Source: Methanothrix sp.
GTDB lineage: Archaea; Halobacteriota; Methanosarcinia; Methanotrichales; Methanotrichaceae
Length of the DNA stretch: 64,000 nucleotides
Direction of reading: 5' to 3'
NCBI GenBank assembly: GCA_963682135.1
Contig: OY821645.1
Coordinates: 736,001 to 800,000, forward strand
Positions 49,785-59,763 of this stretch are shown here, in pieces (position 1 is the stretch's first letter; each line of letters begins with the position of its first letter). The notes below the pieces were generated by a model, which saw nothing but the letters and a program-made list of their open reading frames with translations, did not search any database and had not been told where the DNA came from. Position numbers and translations under genes: made by a program.

Positions 49785-51149
49785 CTACACATTTAGCTGG
49801 TAAGCATAGCCGGCTTTGAAGTACTTGTAATCCGAGAACGTGAGACCGCTGCCATCTATGGCAATGTTATGATACAAATCTCCCGGCACGTTGATGGTCA
49901 CAGTGCCGTCGGGCTCTCCCGTCATTCCTTCGGTGGTCTGATAGCTGCCGTCGACATAGACATTGTACCCTCGCAGCCAGGATGAGCTGATGGTAATTGC
50001 CGCGAAATCATAGACGGGCTGGGCAGGAGACTGATAGGGCACTACATCAATTACTATCACGTTACTGGGCTGGCCGCCGATATTGAAGAACAACTGATGC
50101 TGCCCCACCTCATCAGCATAAAATCCTATCTGGTTGTAGGCATTGAAGTAGTAGCTGTTCATATCCAGGTTGCCGTCCGGATAAATCTCGTAGAGATAAC
50201 CATAACCCCCCGCAGGTGACGTGGTTATCATGTTGAGCATAGAGCCCAAAGGAACCATAGCATACTGTGTCCAGCTAGAGGACCCTGAAATCCAAAGAGA
50301 GTTTGCGCCGGTACTCAAGGCGTAGGTCTGATACTGCGTGTAGGGCACCGCTTTTTGCGTAGAGCCGAAGTAGAGCATGGCAGGCTCCACATCTTTCAAG
50401 TCGATTTTAGTAGGAGCGGTGAGCTGATCTTTTGGAGCCTGCGCGGTCGAGCTATAATACTGGGAGTACTTTTGCAGAGCAACCTGGCTGGAAGCCAGGC
50501 TTGAATCCTGACCTGAGGCTTGACCGGATGTTTGGCCTGAGACTTGACCCGATAACTGACCGGCACTCTGGTCTATCGCAGGATTGGACAAGAGCTGCAG
50601 GTTGCGCACTTCAGTCGAACCTACCGTTTTGGATTGCAGATCCGCAGATATCGTCTTCTCGCCAGAACTGAGGGGCTTCTCGCTCCAGGATGCTGATACT
50701 GCTCCTTCTGAGCCTGCCTTTTTCGATCCAGAGATTGACGTCTCCTGCATCGCAGCAGTTCCTGTTACGGTAATCGTTCCCTGCATGCCGGGATGGATGC
50801 TGCAATGATAGCCGTAGACACCGGGAATGGTGAATATGTTGTCAAACTTTTTTCCAGGCATAAGCACACCCGAGTCAAATTGGCCTTGAATATCACTGGT
50901 GACGGTATGCTGCACACCATCCTGGTTATGCCACTCTACAGTCGCTCCGACGGGCACAGAGAGGGTGGAAGGATTAAACGAGTTGTCCTTTATGTTTACC
51001 GTTGTTACAAAGTTGGATGGATTGCCAACCTGATCGAGTTGCACACCACTAAAATCATATCCAACCTGCTGTTCAAGCTTCTTTTCGGACACAGCGACCG
51101 ATAAGCCAATCAGCATGATCAGAATCACTATTGAGAGACACCATTTCAT
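49785..51149 (-). CDS. secreted cupredoxin (plastocyanin-like) domain protein with Ser/Gln linker and Tyr-rich C-terminal domain
   Basis: Signal peptide; HTV...YHCSIHPGMQG type-1 Cu ligands; SGQ tandem repeats. Confidence 0.85.
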   Translation of the reverse strand: MKWCLSIVILIMLIGLSVAVSEKKLEQQVGYDFSGVQLDQVGNPSNFVTTVNIKDNSFNPSTLSVPVGATVEWHNQDGVQHTVTSDIQGQFDSGVLMPGKKFDNIFTIPGVYGYHCSIHPGMQGTITVTGTAAMQETSISGSKKAGSEGAVSASWSEKPLSSGEKTISADLQSKTVGSTEVRNLQLLSNPAIDQSAGQLSGQVSGQTSGQASGQDSSLASSQVALQKYSQYYSSTAQAPKDQLTAPTKIDLKDVEPAMLYFGSTQKAVPYTQYQTYALSTGANSLWISGSSSWTQYAMVPLGSMLNMITTSPAGGYGYLYEIYPDGNLDMNSYYFNAYNQIGFYADEVGQHQLFFNIGGQPSNVIVIDVVPYQSPAQPVYDFAAITISSSWLRGYNVYVDGSYQTTEGMTGEPDGTVTINVPGDLYHNIAIDGSGLTFSDYKYFKAGYAYQLNV

Positions 51150-51252
51150 AGACTAAACCCCCATTTATTCGAAGATACGGATCTATAAGAATATATATTT
51201 TTTGAGGGAAACGCCTGAAACTTTGTTGAAATATTTGATTGGGCGTGGTTCT

Positions 51253-51801
51253 CTACTCTCTCGCCATTTCCCTGATTTTGCACATAGTGCGCCAATTGCG
51301 ATCTGTCATCGGCACCCCGAGCACTTTCTCAGCAGTTGCTGCGAGCTTTGATCTACCTACCCCTTCTGGAGCATGAAGATAAAACACGCGCTCAGTTAGA
51401 TGAAACCTTTCGCTTTCCTTCTTGAGGCTGTAGAGTCTCTTTAAATCGGGGCTCAGAGGAGTGAAGGCCAAAAAGCCCAGATGTAAACTGCCGGGCTTAG
51501 TTTCCGCTTCAGGAAACGGGTTTTCCAACATTGCCGTTTCTATTTCATCAAGCCCAAGAATGAGGACGCAGGGTTCAAAACCATGGCGCCTCATGATTTC
51601 TATGGTCAATCGTTCAGAGAGCTGTAGGATGTTATTTTCTTCACTCTGGAAAATTGCATTACCGCTTTGAATGTATGTCTTGATGTTTCGAGCACCAATA
51701 TCTTCCAGAAGGACAACAAGCTCATTCATCGGTAAGATATTTTTTCCTCCGACGTTAATGCCTCTGAAAAGTGCAATATAGGTCTTCATATGATCAATCA
51801 C
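51253..51801 (-). CDS. DUF1697 family protein
   Basis: YIALFRGINVGG, TYIQSGN, T.RNWRT. Confidence 0.9.
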   Translation of the reverse strand: MIDHMKTYIALFRGINVGGKNILPMNELVVLLEDIGARNIKTYIQSGNAIFQSEENNILQLSERLTIEIMRRHGFEPCVLILGLDEIETAMLENPFPEAETKPGSLHLGFLAFTPLSPDLKRLYSLKKESERFHLTERVFYLHAPEGVGRSKLAATAEKVLGVPMTDRNWRTMCKIREMARE

Positions 51802-51845
51802 AAAAAAATAAAGAATCCGGATGTGAAGATCCTTTGCTTATGGCT

Positions 51846-53138
51846 TCACTCTTCCGGCTCGTCTCGAAAGATGGTCTGCTCCCTTCCCGGCCCCACAGAT
51901 ACGGCGGAGATGCAGTTATCCAGCACATCAACATAGAGCAGATCCTCCAGCCGCTCAACATAAGCCCGGGCATTGTCCGGCAGATCCTCATACTCTTTGA
52001 CTTCAGTTATGTCCTCAGTCCAGCCTTCCATATCCTCATAAACAGGCTTGCATCTGGCGAAATCCAGTGTGCTCTCCGGGGGATAGCCTATCATCTCTCC
52101 ATCGAGTTCGTAAGCGACGCAAATTTTTAATGGATTAATGCCGGTCAGCACATCGAGCTTGGTCAGAGCCAGCTCGGTATAGCCGTTGAGATGGACGGAC
52201 TTGAGGCCCAAGACAGCGTCAAACCAGCCGCAGCGTCTGGCCCTGCCCGTGGTCGTGCCATATTCCCCGCCTTTTTCTCGCATCATCACACCCAGATCGT
52301 CTTTCAGCTCCGTAGGCATGGGACCTTCTCCGACGCGGGTGATGTAGGCCTTGATCACACCGACCACGTTGTCCACCATTACCGGCCCGACCCCCAGATT
52401 GGCGCAGGCGCTTCCTGCAGTAGTGAAGCTGGAGGTCACGAACTTCTGTGTGCCGTGAATAACATCCAGGAACGCACCCTGAGCGCCTTCGGCCAGAACG
52501 CTCTTCTCCTCGATGAGAGCGACGTTGATCTCACGCGAGACATCCGTGACCTTGTCCTTCAATCGCTTTCCTATCTCCAGATACTCATCGATGTATGGCG
52601 CATATCTTACTACCGTCGGGTCACCGCCCATATCGGCAATGGCTTTCTCCTTGGCCGGCCCGATCTCCTTTAGCTTGGCCTCCAAGAAATCCGGATCCGT
52701 AAGGTCGCCCATCTGCACTTCCTCGCGAGCAATCTTGTCCACATAGGCAAACCCAATGCCTCGGTTAGTGGTGCCGATCTTCTCAGTCCTGGCCTTCTCA
52801 CGCAGGCCATCGAGTTCAATGTGATAGGGCATGATGATGGTCGTCTTGGCATCGATGCCAATATCGACCTTGATGCCTTCTGATTCCAGCGCCTGGATCT
52901 CGCTCCACAGAACGCGAGGGTTGAGGACTACGCCCGGACCTATGAGCAGCCTTCTGCCAAAGATTGCGCCGCTTGGTACCAGATGCAGCTTGTACTTCTT
53001 TCCGCAGACAACCACGGTATGGCCGGCGTTGTCGCCGCCCTGGAAGCGAACCACAACATCGTAATTCTCGGCCAGCAGATCAATAACCTTGCCTTTGCCT
53101 TCATCACCAAACTGTGCACCGGTGAGTATCGTAAACAT
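51846..53138 (-). CDS. purA: adenylosuccinate synthetase
   Basis: QFGDEGKG, GGDNAGHT, IGTT.RGIG, EGAQG, TTGRARRCGW, TKLD. Confidence 0.97.
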   Translation of the reverse strand: MFTILTGAQFGDEGKGKVIDLLAENYDVVVRFQGGDNAGHTVVVCGKKYKLHLVPSGAIFGRRLLIGPGVVLNPRVLWSEIQALESEGIKVDIGIDAKTTIIMPYHIELDGLREKARTEKIGTTNRGIGFAYVDKIAREEVQMGDLTDPDFLEAKLKEIGPAKEKAIADMGGDPTVVRYAPYIDEYLEIGKRLKDKVTDVSREINVALIEEKSVLAEGAQGAFLDVIHGTQKFVTSSFTTAGSACANLGVGPVMVDNVVGVIKAYITRVGEGPMPTELKDDLGVMMREKGGEYGTTTGRARRCGWFDAVLGLKSVHLNGYTELALTKLDVLTGINPLKICVAYELDGEMIGYPPESTLDFARCKPVYEDMEGWTEDITEVKEYEDLPDNARAYVERLEDLLYVDVLDNCISAVSVGPGREQTIFRDEPEE

Positions 53139-53148
53139 AAAACTTAAT

Positions 53149-54042
53149 TTAACGACCACGTAGATAACAATTTTGATGCACATGGCTTGCGATCGCTGCC
53201 GTCACATCCACGCCCAGGGCCTCAAAGATGCCTTTTCCGGAAGGCGTTCCATTCACCTCAATGACGGAGAGGCCGCTTTTCGTCTCCAGGAGATCCACGC
53301 CGCAGTAGACGGCGCCTACTGCATTTGCCGCCTCTGCCGCCAATTGTTTAAGCTCCTTGCTGAGAGGGCAGAGGGCTGCCCGGCCGCCCCGGGCCAGGTT
53401 GCTGATCCACTGGCCGGGAGGAGCTACGCGATAGATAGCGCCCAGAACTCTTCCGTCCACCACGAAGGCGCGGATGTCGCGCGGAGTCTCGAGGGCGATG
53501 AACTCCTGCAGGTAGACCAGACCCTGGCTTTCCACGATGCTCTTCAGCCGGGCAAGGTCAGCCTCTACTTCATCCTCTAGAAGAATGATGTCTCGGCCTT
53601 TGTAGCCAAAGAGGGGCTTGGAGACTGCTTTCTTGAAATCCTGCAAGGCTTTTTCTGCCTCTTCCAGGTTGGTAGTAACCACAGTTCTGGGAGTGGCAAC
53701 TCCTGCTTCCTGCAAAGCCCGGGAGGTTGCGAACTTGTTGGCAGCTCTGGCGATGGCCTGGGGGGGATTGATGATAGCGATTCCTCTCTCTTGCAGGGCC
53801 TGCAAGACCTCAAAGCGGAAGGCGACATCGCTCGGCCCCCTCCGGCCCAGGTCCCGCACGACCAGGGCATCCAGATCCAGGAGATCGACTCCGGCGCAGC
53901 GGAAGGATTGGCCACCTGCGATGTTGACCAAGAGGTCTGAGAAGCTCAGGAAGAATGCGTCTATCCCTTTTGCCAAGAAGGAGGCGAGGAGAGCCTGGGC
54001 GGTCCAATCCTGGGGATCGGAGACAACGATTGCAGCGCGCAT
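53149..54042 (-). CDS. RimK-family ATP-grasp ligase (MptN/CofF-like alpha-L-glutamate ligase)
   Basis: ANKF, KPLFG.KG, QEFI, DIR.FV, W.SNLARGG, GVDL, EVNGTP. Confidence 0.88.
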   Translation of the reverse strand: MRAAIVVSDPQDWTAQALLASFLAKGIDAFFLSFSDLLVNIAGGQSFRCAGVDLLDLDALVVRDLGRRGPSDVAFRFEVLQALQERGIAIINPPQAIARAANKFATSRALQEAGVATPRTVVTTNLEEAEKALQDFKKAVSKPLFGYKGRDIILLEDEVEADLARLKSIVESQGLVYLQEFIALETPRDIRAFVVDGRVLGAIYRVAPPGQWISNLARGGRAALCPLSKELKQLAAEAANAVGAVYCGVDLLETKSGLSVIEVNGTPSGKGIFEALGVDVTAAIASHVHQNCYLRGR

Positions 54043-54080
54043 GAGCGAGAAGATTGGCGAGAGAGTATATCACGATTGCC

Positions 54081-54938
54081 TTAGGTTGATGCTATATAGG
54101 CAACCATCTCTCCCAAGGCAGCATCACAGCTTTTTGCCATTGAGGCGATATAGTAATCCAGCCAGGACGTAAGGTCGGCATCAGCTCGCCCCTCGTAGTA
54201 GTCGATATTTTCATGCAGATTGAGAGCCCGGTAGTAGCTATCAAGATCTTCTGCGTACTGCTCCTCTGGGGTGAGGAAGCCGGCCAGACTGTAGCCGTCC
54301 CTTTGCAGAATGAAGTCGGCACACAGGCAGGCGGCTACGCCGTTGCCATTGTTGAAAGGATGAAGGGTGGCAAGCTGATAGTGAACAAGACCGGCGATGA
54401 CGGGGACTGCCAGTTCGCTGCTTCTGGCATCTTCCGTCCAGATCTCCAGAGACGCGATCAACTCAGGCAGATCCTCTGGCCGGGGAGGAAGATAGACAGC
54501 TTCCCCGATGAGAGAGAATTTTGCAGCGATTTTCCTTTTGCGCAGAGGAGTGGGACGGGAGGATTTGCCGGTCATGGCCAATCTATGAAAGCGACTGATA
54601 AGGGTCTCGGTGAGCGGCAGACTCATCTTGGACCATTCCTCTGACTTCTGGAGAGCTTTGCAGTAATTTCGCACCATTGCAACATCATTTTCCAAGCCTT
54701 TGATCTCAACAGTCTCATCGGCAATCACAGTAGATGCCTGTTCAATAGTGAGAGATCCGCCTCCAATCAAGGAGGAAGCGCGGGAAGCCAGCACATGGGC
54801 GCGATCATGTAGCATTGCATATCCTTGGAGCGGTAGGATAACGGTCTCCACCAAGATGCGCGCCATCTCAATGCGTGTCAGGTTGTGGGAGATGGCGGGA
54901 GTTAGGGTGAAACGCGGGGACCAAATGGGGATTGTCAT
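54081..54938 (-). CDS. Fic-domain protein with non-canonical motif
   Basis: HPFNNGNGVAAC in place of HPFxDGNGRxxR; YYRAL...ADLTSWLDY. Confidence 0.85.
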   Translation of the reverse strand: MTIPIWSPRFTLTPAISHNLTRIEMARILVETVILPLQGYAMLHDRAHVLASRASSLIGGGSLTIEQASTVIADETVEIKGLENDVAMVRNYCKALQKSEEWSKMSLPLTETLISRFHRLAMTGKSSRPTPLRKRKIAAKFSLIGEAVYLPPRPEDLPELIASLEIWTEDARSSELAVPVIAGLVHYQLATLHPFNNGNGVAACLCADFILQRDGYSLAGFLTPEEQYAEDLDSYYRALNLHENIDYYEGRADADLTSWLDYYIASMAKSCDAALGEMVAYIAST

Positions 54939-55119
54939 TTCGAATGCTCCTTATGCCTTGATTTTTGAAAGACAAATGTTTTAAAATAGATAAAGATATC
55001 TTTTGATTGATTTACAGCAAAATTTAAGGCATTTGTAGATTGCGAAGACATCTAGCGATGCGAGCGAAACGAAAGAGAAGAGCGGTCCTGCCGCCCACAG
55101 TCCTTGAGAAGCCACTAGG

Positions 55120-55803
55120 CTACAGCTCATCTAGAGATCGTTTGAACCAAATCGATGTAAGGCTTAAAGAACTAAAAAGAATGATTGCATTTGCTACGAC
55201 ATCAATCAAAACAATGATTGTAGGCAATGGGTAGAGTGGATTGGTAAAAATGATGGATCCGGTGAGTCCCGAAAACAGAAATGACCGGCTTATCCATTTA
55301 GAAAGCCTGTCTCCGGAAAAGAGCCTCGATGCAGAGATAAGAGACAGACACATAAATAAATAGCCAATACCTTCCAATGCCCCCGGAAAGGAATTGGGAT
55401 ACGGTTGAGCAAAAATCCATAAAGTCAGTCCGTCGGTGGAGTGACGAACGAGATTGTGCACGACAACAACTGCTTGAATGTAATAAAGGGCACTAATAAT
55501 AATAGCATATGCAATGGCAAATACGACCGCAAGCAAGCTCCATATTTTTTTCTCCTCTGAAGTAGATGCATGAAGACATACAATCATCGTCAAAAAGCAA
55601 ATTGTCAGCAAAAAGCAAGGTATTATCCAGGCAATGAATGGCTCAACTCTAAAATTGTCCACATAGGCTTGCATACCATGCCAGGGTGCATATAGTATCG
55701 GCTGATATAGTCCAAAAGCAATGGAAAACCATAATTCTGTTACGGCAGCTAAAACAGCTGACCAGAATCCAAGTTGTTGCACTATTTTATTATTTATTAT
55801 CAT
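55120..55803 (-). CDS. multi-pass membrane protein
   Basis: About six hydrophobic segments. Confidence 0.75.
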   Translation of the reverse strand: MIINNKIVQQLGFWSAVLAAVTELWFSIAFGLYQPILYAPWHGMQAYVDNFRVEPFIAWIIPCFLLTICFLTMIVCLHASTSEEKKIWSLLAVVFAIAYAIIISALYYIQAVVVVHNLVRHSTDGLTLWIFAQPYPNSFPGALEGIGYLFMCLSLISASRLFSGDRLSKWISRSFLFSGLTGSIIFTNPLYPLPTIIVLIDVVANAIILFSSLSLTSIWFKRSLDEL

Positions 55804-56002
55804 GGTGTAGAATCTGCGTTTACTCGTTAATAGAGTTGGCGCCAACTGCCCGGCAATAGAATGCAACGGCAATCTCTCTCATGACAAAAAGGTTTGCGGT
55901 GATCTCTTGCTGGATCTAGGAGTGCACGATCTCTGACCCATATATTTAAGCCTCGAAATGAATATCTCAATACGCAGATCAAGAGAATCAGGAGATAGAT
56001 GC

Positions 56003-56521
56003 ATGAAAAAATCCTCAATCGATAGGCCAATGGAAGACGGCAGTACGATGCAGTTGGAATTTAGGAAGGCTGTCAAGGAGGATGTTCCCAAACTGATCAC
56101 ATTCCTCAAGGAGACTATTATGGAGGTCTATGGTCAGATCTTGTCCAGGGAGATTTTGCAGCCCTGGGTCGAAGGTGACAGGCTTGGTAGCGAAGTCAAC
56201 CAGCTATTGCCAAATATGATCGTTGCAGAAAAAACGGGCGAGATTTTGGCAGTTGCCGCCAATCTTGACGAGAAGGTAGCTTTTCTTTGGGTCCATCCAG
56301 ACCACCATCGCAAAGGCATAGGAAGCGTTCTGCTGGATATTGTTGAGACGGAGATAGAGAAATCTGGATACGAGATTGCAAAGCTGGAATGTTTCAGCGA
56401 TAACGACCAGGCTATGGGATTTTACCTGGCCAACGGCTGGAAGCTCCTTTGCGAAGAGATGGACAAAGAGGCATGCGCCTTGAAGATGGTTATGGAAAAG
56501 CCACTGACGAAGAAAAGCTAG
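56003..56521 (+). CDS. GNAT acetyltransferase
   Basis: V.PDHHRKGIGS, N.QAMGFY..NGW. Confidence 0.9.
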   Translation: MKKSSIDRPMEDGSTMQLEFRKAVKEDVPKLITFLKETIMEVYGQILSREILQPWVEGDRLGSEVNQLLPNMIVAEKTGEILAVAANLDEKVAFLWVHPDHHRKGIGSVLLDIVETEIEKSGYEIAKLECFSDNDQAMGFYLANGWKLLCEEMDKEACALKMVMEKPLTKKS

Positions 56522-56601
56522 GTAATACCTCGATTCGGAAAATGGCGGGCAGGCAAGACGAAGCGAAACTTTGAAGTCATGTCAAAATATATGCGAAGCA
56601 A

Positions 56602-57453
56602 ATGAACCACAATAGTTCGCCGACAATCATGAAAAAAGTGGCAATTGCGAATGTTTGGTTGTGGTTATCTGTGTTCGTCTCAATTCTGGTAACAATAACC
56701 AGCTTATCAGGGATATTTCTTAAGAGAACATACTCCCGAGAGACTGAAGCATGGGCAGTTCAAGCCATCGGCCAGGATTATGCCAATCTGATAGTTGTTA
56801 TACTCTTACTGGTTAGCACTTACTATGTCTCGAAAAATTCACTGAGGGCATATCTTATCTGGTTAGGTGCTTATATTTATATTATCTATGCATTCGCTAT
56901 TTATGCTTTCGCAGTTCACTTTAACTTTCTTTTTTTAATATATACTATAATTTTAGGAGTGTCGTTTTACACTCTGGTTGGGGGATTGAGGGCGGTCGAT
57001 ACAAAAAATCTGTCAGCATCTTTTCTCACAAATACAAAGTCAAAGATAGTGAGCGCGCTGCTGATGATTATTGGAATTTCGTTTGGCTTATTATGGCTGA
57101 GCGAAATAGTCCCCAGTCTTCTATCAAACGAAATACCTCCCAGCCTCGTTGAAACCGGATTGGGGGTAAATCCGGTCCATGTATTGGATCTGGCCTTTGT
57201 ATTGCCCGGCATGATTATTACATCAGCATTGCTCTGGAAGAGAAATATGATGGGATTTCTCCTGGCTGTACCATTTATGGTCTTTTCAGTGACTATGGGT
57301 GCGGGAATAATTATCATGTTCGCCATTTCTGCCATAAAGGGTATGCCAAGCTCCTTGCCCGCAGGGATGATTATTGGTTTAATAATGCTATTGAGTGTGT
57401 ATTTTTCATATCTATTTTTAAGAGAAGTGAATGAATATGATTATGACTATTGA
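56602..57453 (+). CDS. multi-pass membrane protein
   Basis: QAIGQD, NPVHVLDL; many TM helices. Confidence 0.8.
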   Translation: MNHNSSPTIMKKVAIANVWLWLSVFVSILVTITSLSGIFLKRTYSRETEAWAVQAIGQDYANLIVVILLLVSTYYVSKNSLRAYLIWLGAYIYIIYAFAIYAFAVHFNFLFLIYTIILGVSFYTLVGGLRAVDTKNLSASFLTNTKSKIVSALLMIIGISFGLLWLSEIVPSLLSNEIPPSLVETGLGVNPVHVLDLAFVLPGMIITSALLWKRNMMGFLLAVPFMVFSVTMGAGIIIMFAISAIKGMPSSLPAGMIIGLIMLLSVYFSYLFLREVNEYDYDY

Positions 57454-58276
57454 AAAGTATCGTCATCCAATCCTCTTCTACGGATTGTCCACAGCAATTC
57501 CGTGGGCGTTTTGGTTCGCGGCTGCGTACTTGAGCCACATCACACCCATGAACCAGTTTTTGGCGACAGCGGTAGGCGTTCTGGGCGTTGTTGGGCTGTT
57601 TGGTCCTACTTTGATAGCATTCTGGATGATCTGGCCGGACGCTGACTTAAGGGACGATCTCAAGAGACGGTTGATCGGTCTCAAAGGCGTCAGGCCGATC
57701 TATCTCTTTCTTACCTGTTTCCTCATGCTTGCCAGCATTCTTATGGCACAAGGGATTTCCTTATTGTTCGGGTACAGCGCGGATCAGTTCAGTCTTTCGG
57801 GCATGTCGTCGTTCTCTGCCGGAATCTTCCCAGGGTGGTTCCTGCTCTTTCTCGCACCCCTGGTAGAAGAATTGGCGTGGCACTCCTATGGCACCGACTG
57901 TCTGCGACAACGGATGAACCTGCTCAAGGCTTCCCTGCTGTTCGGTGTGTTCTGGGCTCTTTGGCATCTGCCGCTATCCTTCATCAAGGATTACTACCAC
58001 AGCAACGTGGCTGAGATAGGGCTGCTGTACAGCCTCAATTTCGCGTTCAGCCTTATTCCCTATGTAATTCTTATGAACTGGCTGTACTACAAGACGCATC
58101 GCAGCATACTTGTTGCTATTGTCTTTCACATCACAGCAGGGTACTTCAATGAAGCATTCGCCACGCATCCGGATAGTAAGGTGATCCAGACCGGACTCTT
58201 GCTGCTGCTGGCGATCGTGGTGATCATCAAAGAAAAGGACTTATTCTTGCAGCGAGACTACCGGGAGGAGAAATAG
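57431..58276 (+). CDS. CPBP (CAAX/Abi) intramembrane metalloprotease
   Basis: EELAW..Y, WALWHLP, H...N-like motif. Confidence 0.92.
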   Translation: MNMIMTIEKYRHPILFYGLSTAIPWAFWFAAAYLSHITPMNQFLATAVGVLGVVGLFGPTLIAFWMIWPDADLRDDLKRRLIGLKGVRPIYLFLTCFLMLASILMAQGISLLFGYSADQFSLSGMSSFSAGIFPGWFLLFLAPLVEELAWHSYGTDCLRQRMNLLKASLLFGVFWALWHLPLSFIKDYYHSNVAEIGLLYSLNFAFSLIPYVILMNWLYYKTHRSILVAIVFHITAGYFNEAFATHPDSKVIQTGLLLLLAIVVIIKEKDLFLQRDYREEK

Positions 58277-58287
58277 AATCTGCGCAA

Positions 58288-58477
58288 TTTGCCTAAACCC
58301 ATACCCCACACCATTCTCTGTCGGCCTTCCCCTGTCCGTCTCTCTCCGGCGGAGGAAAGCATGCCACGAAATGTTCCGCCCGTCCAAGCTCGTGCCGGCT
58401 ACAGTCTCCACCTTCACCGGCCTGGGAAAGCCCGCTTGCTCCAAAAGCCGCAGGAGGTCGTGCTCAAGGCACCCGAT
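58288..58477 (-). pseudogene. internal fragment resembling type I-G Csb2 (Cas5/6) C-terminal region
   Basis: QIGCLEHDLLRLLEQAGFPRP...WHAFLRRR...GYGFR; recognised from memory of the family, no start and no G-rich tail. Confidence 0.5.
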
Positions 58478-58504
58478 CTGCAGGCAGCGTCACATCCACA
58501 ATCT
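58478..58504 (-). repeat. csx3 remnant F (27-nt 3' tail)
   Basis: CTGCAGGCAGCGTCACATCCACAATCT, identical to the 3' end of intact csx3. Confidence 0.9.
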
Positions 58505-58515
58505 AATACCTAAGG

Positions 58516-58740
58516 CTAGTCCGCTGAGAACCACTCCTCTCTGCTTATGCCTCCATCTCGTAATATTTTTACCAATAGGTCCAATCCAATCTCTTCGCCA
58601 TGGTGAGGATTGGGGATAATGATAGTATCGATTCCACGGACCATATATTGATGCCTCTTGCCTTGAAATGGTCCCACTGCCCCCAGTCTGATAAGTCGCT
58701 TTATCAACTCTCGTCTCGTCACAGGAGAGAGCTTATGCAA
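58516..58740 (-). CDS. hicA: HicA-family toxin
   Basis: ELIKRL..LG..GP.QGKRHQYM...IPNPH...LL..IL...GISREEW. Confidence 0.88.
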   Translation of the reverse strand: MHKLSPVTRRELIKRLIRLGAVGPFQGKRHQYMVRGIDTIIIPNPHHGEEIGLDLLVKILRDGGISREEWFSAD

Positions 58741-58990
58741 CCTGTATCGGCTCCTTAACGGATGTGGAGATGGTCAGACCACCCATAGGCGGTACGCTTT
58801 GCCCCCATTGAAGTTTGGCCACAATCCATTCCTCAATGACTTCTATCAGCTCTTTCCTGCATTCTTCAAAGGTCTTGCCTGTAGCCCAGACGCCCACGAG
58901 GCCGGGCACGTGAGCATAATACGGATCAGGGTTATCGATTATCTCGTATTCGGCCCTTTCAAGAGCTGCCTGGATGTATTCTGCGAACAT
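58733..58990 (-). CDS. hicB: HicB-family antitoxin
   Basis: YYAHVPGL.GVWATGKT.EEC..EL.EVIEEW. Confidence 0.9.
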   Translation of the reverse strand: MFAEYIQAALERAEYEIIDNPDPYYAHVPGLVGVWATGKTFEECRKELIEVIEEWIVAKLQWGQSVPPMGGLTISTSVKEPIQVA

Positions 58991-59024
58991 GCAATTTGTT
59001 TATAGGCTGCACAAGGAGAAAAAG

Positions 59025-59250
59025 ATAGCGGACAGGGATGTTCACATCGACCACCTTGCCCCGGCGAAGGGCTGTGGCTGGCCACCACTCCCGTCCCCAG
59101 GCGCGGATCGGCTACCCAGGCCTCAGCCCGGCGAGCCGTGCAGCTGTTCATCGCCGTAGCGCCCGATGGGAGCGCGGCCCTCCACTATGACGAGCGAGCC
59201 GCGGGGTATCTCGGGCAGCGCCCAAGTGGCAGAGGTAATGGAAAGAGATA
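59025..59250 (-). pseudogene. csx3: csx3 remnant E
   Basis: LPEIPRGSLVIVEGRAPIGRYG / ADPRLGTGVVASHS / KVVDVNIP in shifting frames. Confidence 0.88.
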
Positions 59251-59273
59251 TTAGAATCAATTTGAGATGGTTT

Positions 59274-59489
59274 CTAAGCTAGACTTGCTGCAAGGCTTCG
59301 CTTCAGTGGAACCGGTATAGCCCTGCCCATATCTCTTGCAGCTTCTAGCCAAAGCTGCATGGCTATTTTGACCTCCCGAAGGGCTCTCTCTTCAGTCTCG
59401 CCGAAGGCTGAACAGCCGGGAAGCTCCGGAACAATAGCGATAAATCCCTCATCGTCCTCACTATAAAAGATCTCAATTGCGTACATCAA
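59274..59489 (-). CDS. hicB: HicB-family antitoxin (short)
   Basis: EDDEGFIA.VPELPGCSAFGET.E.AL. Confidence 0.92.
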   Translation of the reverse strand: MMYAIEIFYSEDDEGFIAIVPELPGCSAFGETEERALREVKIAMQLWLEAARDMGRAIPVPLKRSLAASLA

Positions 59490-59731
59490 TCCTCTTGGAG
59501 GTTATATCTCTCAATTACTTTAATAAACTGCCGGACCTGATAAGCCTTTGCCCATCCACCTTCGTTTTGGAAGTTCAATATCTCCTGTATTCCTTCTCGA
59601 AAGTAGACTCGATGGCTCCCAGTCCCTTTCCTGGTCTGAAAACCCAAAGCCTCAGCTATTTTGCACAATCTTGCGAAACGGATTTTCTTGGGATTGGCTT
59701 TAATCTCTTCAAGCAATTCTTGTCTGTTCAT
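59486..59731 (-). CDS. hicA: HicA-family toxin
   Basis: NPKKIRF, GF.....GSHRVY, QNEGG.AKAYQVRQ; likely start MNRQ at 59731. Confidence 0.9.
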   Translation of the reverse strand: MNRQELLEEIKANPKKIRFARLCKIAEALGFQTRKGTGSHRVYFREGIQEILNFQNEGGWAKAYQVRQFIKVIERYNLQED

Positions 59732-59763
59732 TTTTTGCTTCGCATCACATATGGGCACGCACT

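Noticed and set aside
55040-56600. Integron attC sites between the membrane, GNAT and CPBP genes
   Set aside because: I could not find paired RYYYAAC/GTTRRRY boxes, and gene orientations are mixed.
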